Positions 48,168 to 64,000 of a DNA stretch of 64,000 nucleotides are shown here, piece after piece. The position numbers and the translations under genes were made by a program. Location of the stretch: positions 2,350,999 through 2,414,998 of the forward strand of contig CM082596.2 in NCBI GenBank assembly GCA_040954595.2. The letters run 5' to 3'. Every line of letters starts with the position of its first letter. The first letter of the stretch is position 1. This DNA comes from Balanoglossus misakiensis. Its lineage: Eukaryota; Animalia; Hemichordata. Under the pieces are notes generated by a model that was given only the letters and a program-made list of their open reading frames with translations, did no database searches and was not told where the DNA came from.

Positions 48168-50550
48168 ATGCTTAGTTCATACGTAAGAAGCCTCAATGCG
48201 AGCGCTTATACGTGGTATATGTGGGCTAAAGACACCACACTCAGAATAATATTTTTTTCTTTAGTTCTTCTCTTGGTGCTGTGGATCTCAATATTCTTGT
48301 ACGGCAGTTTTTATTACGCGTATATGCCGACTGTAGCCCATGTTCGACCAGTCCATCTACAGTACAGGTATGTCAGTTCACACCTACATCTTCCTCATTA
48401 AACAGGTGCAATATTTAGCGGCCATCGCTACAATATTCATAGTGAAAATCCATCACTCTGCTTGATTACCTTGGCAGATTGATGTCCATTTCATTTCGCG
48501 AAATGAACATTCTAACATCTGCGTGTTTTCTCTCAGTCCGTGTCCAGATGTTGATATGGGCTGGCCAGGATGTCCATATCCAACAGCTAATGTTACCTTG
48601 CTAGATGGCCAAGTCCAAGGTCGTCAGGTTGGTAATGCACATACAATGACCCTGTTGTCTACTTCAGAGGATTGACTTGTTTATTGTCAGTGAAAACATA
48701 CAAACAGCTGTGACAGCAAAGAGAAATGTTTCTTTCAATTCAAATACAGAAATTATTTTCTGTCGTGTATTCAGTGTTTATAGAAAGTGAATGTGTAGCT
48801 TATGTTTTGTTCATATATGTTTTTAATATACCTCTTCTTTTCATACACAGCTACTAATGAGAGGTCAGTCATATAAAGTTTTCATTGATATGGAAATGCC
48901 ACAGTCTCCGGTCAATGAAAATCTTGGTAAGCTTCAATTTTCATTTTGGCCAAATTCCAGGATCAAGTAATTGTATTTGGGCCTACCAGGAAGTCTGATC
49001 AGAACAACTGGTCAGACTGCATACACAACTGAGATGGTGACGAAGACAGCACTGAGTGAATCCTTGCATCTTGCAGAAGCCTCCTGCTTTAGACTTTGAT
49101 GTCTATGCTCCTAAATTATTTTCATATTTTCTTCTCTGCCAGGTATGTTTATGGTGACGATATCATTTTACTCTGATGGTGGTGAAGTCGTTTCTATTTC
49201 TTCCAGACCTGTAAGTACAGATACACAATGATGTATGTATATAGAAATGCATTCATGCAAGTTGTAAATGTACAATAATTGGCAATTTACTTGTATTTGC
49301 AGGCAATCCTTCATTTCAGGTCGTTTTTGTTAAAGATTTTGCATACACTAGTGAGTTTCCCGCTCTTGATCGGTGGTTTTTCAGAAGAGAAACAGTTGCT
49401 GGAAGTTGTATTGATTGAAAAATTCCAAGACAGTCCTGTGAGTATCATTGTGTGTACATTTTGAGCGGGTTCAGTGTGTTGAGCTTGGCAGAGAGAAACG
49501 TATGATAGGTACATGTAATATGGTGTCCTGTGGTGTGATGATCACTGTATATTATTTGCTCTTGTATAGTGTTGGGTATGGGACTGGGAGTATGACTGTG
49601 ATGTGACATGAATAGAAAGAACAGTAATGTATGCTAAACCATGTATCTCTCTCTCCTCTTTCTGCAGTACAAACCAGTTGTAGGAGCCGTCATCGAAATA
49701 CAAGCAAGAAAAATAGAAGTTTATTCCTCAGTGCTGAAAATACAGGCACACTTCACTGGCTTGAGGTGGGAAACTAAATACAGTTCATACAGTTTGCCAG
49801 CATCCAGTTTCATACTATTTTATACCCACAGTCAAATCTGCCAGCCAATTTACCGCCATTGCTAAAATCATGCTTTTGTGCTGTTTGACAATATACATTT
49901 CTGTTGTACAGATACCTCATGTTTGAATGGCCGATCCTGACAGCCATCGTGGGCATCAGCACCAACTTCATGATCCTGATCACGGTGACCTTGTTCACTT
50001 GGATGAGGTGGTTCCAGGGTGGAGGGGAGGAGGAACACGTGGTGAGGGTGACATTCGATGAACCCCTGGAGCCCCCTGCAATGGAAGTGAGACGACCCAG
50101 GACTGGCAGGGCCGCGTTAGAAGAGCCAGCACAGGGTGAGTGGTGGTGATGTTGTTATTTTGTTGCATATGAGATCTGTGTCTTTGAGTTGAGGACACCA
50201 AGAAACTTCAGTTCCTTCTGAGGACTTGAGATTAAAGAACATTTCTAACATTTGCAGAACCAGCCCCATTACAGCACCAACCAGCAGCAGCAGCGCCCCC
50301 TCGCATCATCACCACGCAGATACCACCAACATCGCCGCATCAAGGCATAGAGGGAACCGGTCGAGTTGACACTCTGAGCCCTGAGCAAAGCCATGACACG
50401 ACCCCTGGAAACAGCGACAGCAGTGCCAGCAGTGATGGCTTTGAGAAAATCGAGCCTGAGATGGTGATGTTGGAACGCAAAGTGCCAAGTGATACGAGAA
50501 TGTTACCCGAGGGCTCTTACGTGAGGTTGAGACACAGCCATGATGATTAG
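48168..50550 (+). CDS. BSCL2: Seipin (lipid droplet biogenesis)
   Basis: [33 protein letters not shown]; YPTANVTL sequon; [29 protein letters not shown]; [11 protein letters not shown]; [23 protein letters not shown]; tail ending VRLRHSHDD* at 50548-50550. Confidence 0.96.
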
Positions 50551-51370
50551 AGACATTTTCGCATTACCGGCAGCTACGAGAGACTGTGATTACGAGTTGA
50601 ACGGTCAAAGGTGGAAAACAACTGGTGTGTTATTACCTATATAGAATAAGATATATGCGGCATACTTCAAATTCTTTTTCAAAGTGAACATTACAAACAA
50701 TAAAGGTTTTCCTGAAAAGTTTTTATAATTAAGTGCAGATCTTTTTCATTGAGATTTCAGCCAATGTTCTCCAAGTAATTTTTATTTTTGTAAAACTCAT
50801 TATTATCATTTACAATTTAGATTATATTTATTGTAACTTTTTATGTAAATTATGGTCATCTTCTTCATGACAAAAAAAGTACATCTGTTTTCAGACTAGT
50901 CTAGTGAACAGTCACAGGTGATTAGGGCACGTAAACTGGCCTTTGATTTGACTGGCAAAGATACATGTATTTACATTTTCCAATGGGCTGGAGCTGGATT
51001 TTTTTTCAGGGGGGTGGGGGGAGGCTGCATGGAAAACAAATCAAATCACTTTGTGCAGCCAAAGAACTGCCAATTGTAGTCAAATGTGATATTTTAAATG
51101 TGGATGTTCCAGCCAGAGCATGAATTTGACACAATAAAAGAAATATGAACTAATATATTTGAGTTAGTATTTTTTTTGTAACTTGACCCGAATCAGCCAG
51201 TCATAACATCATTGAAAACTTGACATCACAATGTTACGTAAATCATGTTTATTATAACATAACAATGACTTGCCACCAATCGCCCGACTCCTTACATAAA
51301 CGTGCCATGAAAAATTCTGATAGAAATTCCAACAAAACAAACCTGTTTTCAATACATTTTTTTTCCTAAG

Positions 51371-51426
51371 GGGAACTACAAATAAACCAGATTCCAATAC
51401 ATGTCCCTATGGGAACTACAAATAAA
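51371..51426. repeat. 16-bp direct repeat, period 40, between the BSCL2 and poly(A) polymerase 3' ends
   Basis: GGGAACTACAAATAAA at 51371-51386 and 51411-51426. Confidence 0.7.
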
Positions 51427-52326
51427 GCGAAAAAAATAGCAAAATTAAACTGTGGGTCGTGATTTAATCTGACACGAAGGTTGAAAAACAATCACAGTTT
51501 ACTTGATACAAAAGTTGTAACTGTTCCTTCCATGTACTTGATTATGTGTTTGTATTTTCACAGAACAAAGAAAGACAAACTACTTAATAACCCTACTACC
51601 GTAATATCAAAGATACACGTAAAAGTTGCCTTTTTTTTCCAAAGGGACAAAGTGGCTAATGTTAGAAAGCTAAAACCAGCAAAGGCAAGGTAAATTTCAT
51701 ATTTATTTGGAATGAGTGTTTATGCTAAAATAAAATTTTAGAATAAGAATGCTAAGCAACTAGAATTTAATTTCACTATGGCTAGGCTAATTTGTCTATA
51801 GCATCTGATGGTAAGGGGTTACAATAGTGTTGGTGGACTACGTCAAAAAAAAAGAATATATATACATGGGGGTATTTCATTCAATGTATTATTTCCGACC
51901 ATTTCTTTTATCTTCAAGTCTACGTTTGATTTCAGTGACTAGAAAGTTACACTGGATCAAGACTATTCAGAATATTTACATGTAGAGATCACTTTCTAGA
52001 GAGAGTGCTGAAATGGGTGAAACAATTTCCAAAGAACGTGTGGTCCAAAACAATCAGTATTCACCAGACTGAACTCACTTTCGATATACCCATAGGTGCC
52101 CAAAAGAAAATAAATTATTTCCAACAATTTTTGTGACCGGATATCACTTTATCCTTCAGTAATTGAGTCTCAACGTAGCAAATTTTTTTTTCTTCACAAA
52201 AAACTAAATTTCACAACTGAAATCGCTTCACACGGCAGTTTGTTACAGTGAAGTCTACCTTCAATTATCGGTACAATTAGTATCTTCCCTGGGGGATTTT
52301 CTGTGGGCATTTTTCTTCCACTAAGT

Positions 52327-52431
52327 TCACATAGTTCTGTTTCTTGGATTTCCTGCTGAGTGGACTCCTACTGGTTGTTCAAAATCGCCGACATTGGGTT
52401 CGAAGTCATCATCGTCATCTACCAGTTGCGG
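52327..52431 (-). CDS. Putative alternative or extension terminal coding exon of poly(A) polymerase (PQLVDDDDDFEPNVGDFEQPVGVHSAGNPRNRTM*)
   Basis: Preceded by the acceptor TGTCTGTGTTTTAG. Open for 34 codons in phase 0, with coding-like composition unlike the surrounding AT-rich UTR. Phase-compatible with upstream phase-0 donors. Confidence 0.5.
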   Translation of the reverse strand, partial: PQLVDDDDDFEPNVGDFEQPVGVHSAGNPRNRTM

Positions 52432-52538
52432 CTAAAACACAGACAATATAGAAATATCATCTGAATACTATTTTTCGTGTATTCTGCTCTCACCTGATAG
52501 GGGTACTTACACATTTCTCCTCTGAGGCCGCCGCCCGG

Positions 52539-57514
<4,976 letters not shown>

Positions 57515-58332
57515 TCTGAAGACAAACAACAAAAGTGAAATGTTGAAAAAGACGATATAATAATGTATTTCGTTTACTGGTTAATTTAATGAAATAGAAA
57601 GAGAAAACCTGGTTATTGAGGATAAGGGGAAGGAAGCATGTTGGGGAAGATAGTTCAGTTTGAAAAGTGTGTGTGTGTACATGTATAAGATAAATTTCCT
57701 AACCAATGATATTGTTCTATTGCTCGACTTGTCACTATACGATAGTGTACTACCAAGTGGTAATACTTCAATGAAGGACTACAATATGGCCTGTTCCCAT
57801 CCCACAGTTGAAGTGATGGTCACTCCTGGAGGGTTGATGCGGCCAATCAACAAGCTACCACCGCTACAATCATAGCAGCTGCAACATATTGTCATATGCT
57901 GATGACAATGACAATGGGCGGTCAACCATAAGAGCCACCTCCCCCTCTTTGTGAAAGCAAAGTTGCAAAAGACACTGACCATTTCCAATGAATTCTCTGT
58001 AAGTTACATTTGATTAGAATACACCCTTGAGAGAATTTTCATTTAAAGTTTTTAAGTGGTCTCAAGGTATCATGCTCTCTGGCAATGATTTTGACAAAAC
58101 AAAGAAGTCAACAACTCGATTTCCGGTGAGGGTGCTCCACGCACTGACCCAAAAACGACAACACTAACAATCGTTTGTTGTGCATACCTGGTAATTTTTA
58201 TTCCTGGTTACATTCTTAGTCTTTCCAGTCCATCATTTGGCACGACCTTGTTGTATGTGTCTAAAAAATTAAGGCTTCATCGCAGTGGACATCATGCAAA
58301 CACTATGGCGGACATATTGAAATGTGATCTCG

Positions 58333-58409
58333 TTCCCAGGATGCAATGGCAATGGTACACACGGTACCGTTGGCGGCGTTTATTTTGCATGTCCAGACAA
58401 GATGGCGGC
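58333..58409 (+). promoter_or_regulatory. Staf/ZNF143-like site and perfect TISU/YY1 element in the poly(A) polymerase/TARBP1 divergent promoter
   Basis: TTCCCAGGATGCA at 58333. CAAGATGGCGGC at 58398-58409 exactly matches TISU SAASATGGCGGC and contains the TARBP1 ATG. Confidence 0.55.
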
Positions 58410-61400
58410 CTCCATGAGAAGCAGTCGTTCGTTTCATTCATCGCAGACTTTCTTGAGATCTGCTCAATTGGACCCGTCTACCTTACTTGAACCATTAACC
58501 GAATCTGCCATCAGACTCATTCAACAGGATGGCGATGTGTCGGACAAGATCGAGCAAGCGTCGTCACTTCTAGCGGTCGTTGACGAGTTGGCACGGCGTC
58601 CAAACCACGACTCACGTGGGCGTGGTGGCGACGATGGCGATGATCAATCCCCGAAGAGACCGTCGTCTACACATGCACTACTTGAACGGGTAATCACAGG
58701 TGTGTGTATACCTTCCCTCAAGTCAGCAAGACCGGGGGATATCCGCGGCCGTGGGCGCGATGCCGATTTCCAGCTGGTTCACATAATCTGCGAGCTCACA
58801 ATGTCATGTCTGTGTTTTCCAAACGACGGAGAAACGCAAGCTCTGAGAGATATTTTGTTCATGATGTGCATGAAATCGCTGCAAACCTACTGCACCACCG
58901 TGAAACTGAGCCACGATGACCGCGAAAAGACACACGAAACGGAGGACAATATCCACGTGTTCACTGCCTTGGAATTGTTGAACTATTTCTTTGAAGTGTC
59001 AGAAAAGAGCGACGAAGTGGCAAATCCGGTCGCTATTCCGCTGCTCTGGAGCGACAAGTTGTTCAAAGAAAGTTTACATATTCTTGACATAACGAGGGAT
59101 AAGACTGTCTGCTCAAGAATTGTCGGCATACTCTTGCCGAAATTACTTTCACACAACCCAAAACTGCTTCCCAAACGGCTCGAGTTGCTATGGAAGCAAA
59201 TATCCTCCTGCCCAGCTGATGGCGTCGGTATCCATGGTAACAGTCCTGTTGCGTCGTCAACTAGTTACCATGGTAACACCTACCTTTCCTTGTGTGGCAT
59301 GGCCGATTTTTACTTCCCAGCTTCAGGAAATCTACCCGCTGACATCCCAGATTTAAAATCTCTGGATTTGTTCTGGAATATTGTACAAACAGGAATGAAG
59401 CACACAGATTCTCTGACCAGGAAGCGGGCCATGTATCTTCTGAAGAGGGTACTGGACACCTGCAGCAAGAGTGGGACGGAGGTCAGAGGTCACAGGCTTG
59501 ATGCCGGTGACAGTTGTCCAATGTTTTGGTGGTCTGTTGAAAATGGTCAACAACTCCAGGATGTGTGGGAGGATATCATTCTAATGCTGGAAGCACTTGA
59601 TGAAACACAGGTACGATCTCCAGACATTTTTTCCACCAGACTGAATTTCTTATTTTTTTTATTTTTCATCATACACACTTTATTTTATCAGTGTTGAAGT
59701 ATGAACTGAAGAAGTATTAAATTTCTTTTTTTCTTCTTTTTATCCAGTTACATGTCTTTAAGCCATTGATGCCTCGGTTGAAAAATGTTGTCAAGGCAAC
59801 ATACCACAGGGATGCAGGTAAGTACTTCTGAAATATGACCCACAGTTACAAGTGACATATAGTTGTAATCTTCACAATTCCTCCTTTGGCTTTGCTATGC
59901 CTTTGAATTCTAGTCCTTGCAGATCTCATGACCATAATTCCCACATTTTGTTACAGAGTGGCCATACCTTCATTCCTCATGGCTGACGGTTCTCTTCCAA
60001 AGATGTTTTGTCCACGAAAACAAAAACCATGTTGTCAAGTGGTCCCTTCTGGAGTTTCTAAGGCTGGACTTCAAACATTGCCCTCTGTTGTCTCAAGGTA
60101 ACAGAGAGGTAAGTTGTGGGCAAAGTGGTGTTGTAGGCATCACGTATATCTCAGTCTGGTTTCTTGCAACATTTAATGTACCATTTCCTATGCAAAAATG
60201 AGAAAAGGTTGATTATAGAAACATGTTTTTATAAACTGTAATTTATCCCTTTCTTGTTAGTTTATATATGACACATTGTTGAAGGCAATCCATGAATCTA
60301 TAATCTACGGTCGAATTGGACCTCAGGACAGTGAAAGTGAGCCCTCAGCAATGTCACCAGTAGGGTCTGCCCTTATAGGATTCTTCAGATCTTGCATGGA
60401 GTCATTTGATGATGACACTGAGAAAGGTAAGTACAACCCAAACACGCCATGTGGCAAATGAAAGATTTCCCAGTGGGTTAAGGGTTTAGTCATTCATATT
60501 TGTGAACAATCAGCTTATCTTTCTTCTTTTCCAGATGATTTTGTTGTTAGACTTTTACCAGCGATTCAAAACCACAAAGGCTGGGGAACTGTACCCATGA
60601 CGTTCCTGTGCCAAGCATTGGCTAATATCCCAGCATGCAAAGCGTGGGACTGGACTTCATTGAAACGTATGAGGTAAGTGAGTTCAATGACCTTTACGCC
60701 ACACAAATTGAAATCGTGTGTGACAAGATACGACTTTCTCTCAGAAAACATACAAATTGATTTTGACTGTCACATCATTCGCACGACAATCATGTCTATG
60801 ATTTTTCGTCAACAGAGAGATAATTGCTTCACTGGTGACATTTCCAACTCATCTCAGAAGCGCCCTCTCTTGCTACTTGATGGAGACAACTCTGAACCTC
60901 ATCAACTCATCCCAAGTGACACTGCATCAATTTACCATCGTCATAGCAACAGTGGAGTGTCTGCAGAGGGGGTCACTGCTGTGGAAGCAGGTAGGACACA
61001 CAGACAGAGACAGACTAGATGATTAACAGGTTTTAAAGACCTGCTTTGAAACTGTGAATACTAAATAAAATCACAATATGAGGATTTTCCTTTTTTTCAG
61101 CTTGTGGATTGGTTGAGAGTTTCTGGTCAAGAGTTCAAATTGGAGGATGGTTGTACCAGCCTTGCTGATGTCTTACTGAACTTTGTACGTAACTGTCTGG
61201 ATGCAAAGATGAAAGATGGTGAGAACTTGACATTATTACCCGGTGACTGTTAACCACCAGTTTCTTTTTTCTAAATTACATGAGTGTTTCATCCCTAGAA
61301 AGCAGTACAACAGGAAGCATTGATCCAGGTCACCTGGCCAAAATACTTCTGCTGGTTTCAGATGCTCACTTCAGTGCCACAGATGAAAAGTAAGTGTATG

Positions 61401-64000
61401 TTTGTCATATCTATACATATAAGTCTTGAAATTATAAATGAACCTATCATAATATCTTTTTGGATGTGACATATATCCATCACTTCATTATTATTTTACT
61501 TTTCAGAGGATTATTGAGTGGAAAATGTGGAGATTATCCAACAGCCCTACATTGGATTTTACACCCGCTTCAGGACATTCTCAGCAGACTGTACAGTCAT
61601 GCATATCTGCCTTCAGACAAAGCTGATCAGACACTCAAACTATTACTAGCAATTCTGCAAGAAATCAGCGCTGACAAGTCAGAAAACTTACACACAGGTG
61701 AGTTTTTTACAAGTATATCATTGTTAACACATTCAGTAACCATGATTGTCAAGACATACAAGCAAGCATTCAAAATGATCATATCCCAGATCACAAGTTT
61801 TGTGTTATTATCTTGCAGACAAAACAACAACAGTTGTCATTTACATGGTGGAACAGTGTATTGAGGAAACACTGTCTTACATCATGAGCAAGATTGCTAC
61901 GGAAACCAGTGAGTTGTCCCACGTTGCCAGACTCAACTTGTGTGTGGATATTGTAGAGGTTCTATCAAGTCTGACACACAGGGGTCTCTTTGGCATGAAT
62001 TCATCTACTGAGTATATTCTGCAAGCACAAATCGCCAAGATGGGACAGTTGGCATCCAAGATATTGGCCGAGGAGTCTGAGGTGAGGAAAGACCACAGCA
62101 GTCTTTAAACAGTGCAACATGCAAGCAATCGCCTAGAGCAGACTGTACAGTAGATTAACTGCCCAGGGTATGAGAGTAAAAGACCAGTGAAAATTGTGAA
62201 TGTTTATTTTGATTTGTTTTGTAGGACCTATCAATGCAGAATCAAATCAAGAAACTGGTCGCTGTCAGCTGCCTGTGGTGTTTTTGTCATTTCCACCAGA
62301 AGACTGCCACCAACAGTCAGATCATTTCAGGTCCCGTCAGAGCAATCTTGACTGGCATCGATATCAAATACCGCTTCGAACGACCGGCTGGCAGTGTCGA
62401 AGTCAGCAAACGAGATCTGGGGAGACTGATATCCCTGTATGAGAACAAGCGGTGGAGATGTGTACGTTTCCTGGTCGATGCCTTCAACAGTGTCTGGAAT
62501 GACCGTCATGATTGTGGTGACTTGCTGACCGAGTGTGTTAGTGTTCTCAGCATCGTGTCCGGACCGGCTATTTTGTCTCTCATCAAATGTATGCAGTTGC
62601 TGATACAGCAGGTTGGACAACCTTCTTCTTGACTTTTTATCCACTTTATCCAATGCAATCAAACGTGAAATTCCACTAAATTGAATTTTGCTTTTGTGCA
62701 CTGTATTAGCTAGCCTTGACTACCAAAAATGTTGAATTTCAGGTTTTGCCGAAGAACCCATCCATGTGTGTTGATTGCATTGACGTCACTTGGCGGCTGG
62801 TTTATGACGTCAGAACTGACTCCGGATTATTCTGGCTGGCTTATCAGACAATGATCGACACGGTATTTCAGAATTGTGTCCTCGCCATGCCACCAAACAC
62901 GGATGTCAGTGACAAACTTCACAGGGTAAGACAGACAAGGATGCCTTGATTCTGCTCCCATTGGTTAATTCATCCATTTGCCAGGTGCATGTGCATGTTC
63001 ATGCAAATTTTACAAAGATGTTGAGCAGATAATCATTGATGCTTGTGATATACATTTACAATGTTTCCTCTTTGCAGATTTCCTTGGAAATTTGTGACAT
63101 TGCAGAACAGAAGCCCGGCGTCTTGTACTTCTTAATTTCAAGATACAGTCAGTATGTGATGTCTGTGTCAGAGCGTGAAGATAGCAACGTAGACACAGAT
63201 GTCAATCACATTGATCTGCTCATACAGGGATGTGTTTATGGACCGATACACAGGAAAGATGCCAGGTTTGGGAATGAAATCTTTTCTAGAATTTTTTTTT
63301 AAAATTATGTACCTGTTACAAACAAAGCTTGATATCATATCTTGTTTTTTTATCCAGGACAAGCCAAGACAGTATCACTCTACTCAAGATGAATTCTGAA
63401 GGCAAACCGGCTAGCGAAGTGGCAGACAGGTGAGGCAATTTTGTGATTGTTGACCAAAATGCAACTTTCTAACCTAACCACACATCCACTTTACCACTGT
63501 AGAATTATCAGTGCCAAACAGTAATGCCCACAAATATTTCTTTCTTCAGTATCATAAAACAAGACTGCCACGTGCGGGCTGCCATGGTGAGTACACTGGT
63601 AACCATGGTGACAAAGAACCCAAACGGGATGTCTGCATTAGCAAAACGGCTATGCCAAGATTTGTTGCAAAAGGTAGGTCTTTTGTCTTGGGTTCAGCTG
63701 CTCTTCTTGGAAGGCAAACTGAGCAGATAATCAGGAAATGTTGGGTGATGTTTTCAGAGAAGGGATTAGAAATTAGTAAGACTACCTCTCATGTCTGTTT
63801 GATCCACCAGGCCAGTGAAGTTACCAAGGCACGCAAGCATTATCTACTGAACTCCTCACAGCACAGGATCAAACAGAGAATATGGCAGACAATTCTTGTA
63901 CTTCAACCGTGCTTTGACAAGGTAACCCCTCCTCTCCTGTAATACTACCCAGTGTTCGTGTGATCGTGGCAACAGAGACACAATAATCTAATGCTTTGAC
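58402..64000 (+). CDS. TARBP1: TARBP1/Trm3 tRNA (Gm18) 2'-O-methyltransferase, N-terminal part; C-terminal SPOUT domain lies beyond the window
   Basis: FWNIVQTGMKHTDSLTRKRAMYLLKR, MFWWS...WEDIILMLEALDETQ|LHVFKPLMPRL, LHSSWLTVLFQRCFVHENK and YLLNSSQHRIKQRIWQTILVL correspond to recalled TARBP1 conserved blocks. Multi-exon; incomplete at the 3' end. Confidence 0.9.

Noticed and set aside
58324-58401. In-frame upstream extension of TARBP1 called by the ORF track
   Set aside because: It starts at a non-ATG codon in promoter sequence. The ATG at 58402 is in a perfect TISU/Kozak context.

Overview
Gene-dense, short-intron eukaryotic DNA, most likely an invertebrate bilaterian (organism not determinable from sequence alone). 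No prokaryotic systems, CRISPR arrays, rRNA or tRNA genes were recognised. Exons were assembled by hand from GT-AG boundaries and recognisable protein motifs. Twelve intron-containing genes are supported, in order: LITAF-domain gene (-, partial), LIG4 (-), MALSU1 (+), ZC3H15 (-), vasohibin (+, two U12-type introns), ZNF318-like (-), ABCC10/MRP7 (+), SLC5A NIS/SMCT/SMVT-type symporter (-), PIGF (-), seipin BSCL2 (+), canonical poly(A) polymerase (-) and TARBP1 (+, partial). Ten of them form five head-to-head pairs. I did not find a clear-cut new multi-gene system. The best leads are: (1) a poly(A) polymerase 3' end with a vertebrate-like U1A-binding tail, followed by a hairpin-embedded UAG and an in-frame spliced coding-like extension; (2) an SLC5 transporter whose glycosylated extracellular loop appears relocated through small extra exons; (3) the ZNF318/ABCC10 head-to-head pair, apparently shared with human; (4) a LIR-like motif in the seipin tail; (5) a ~83-bp TTAA/CCC-ended MITE family with an inverted pair flanking ABCC10 exons; (6) an unexplained CpG-rich structured segment inside a 2.2-kb ABCC10 intron. 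Orthologue comparisons are recalled from memory, not from database searches.
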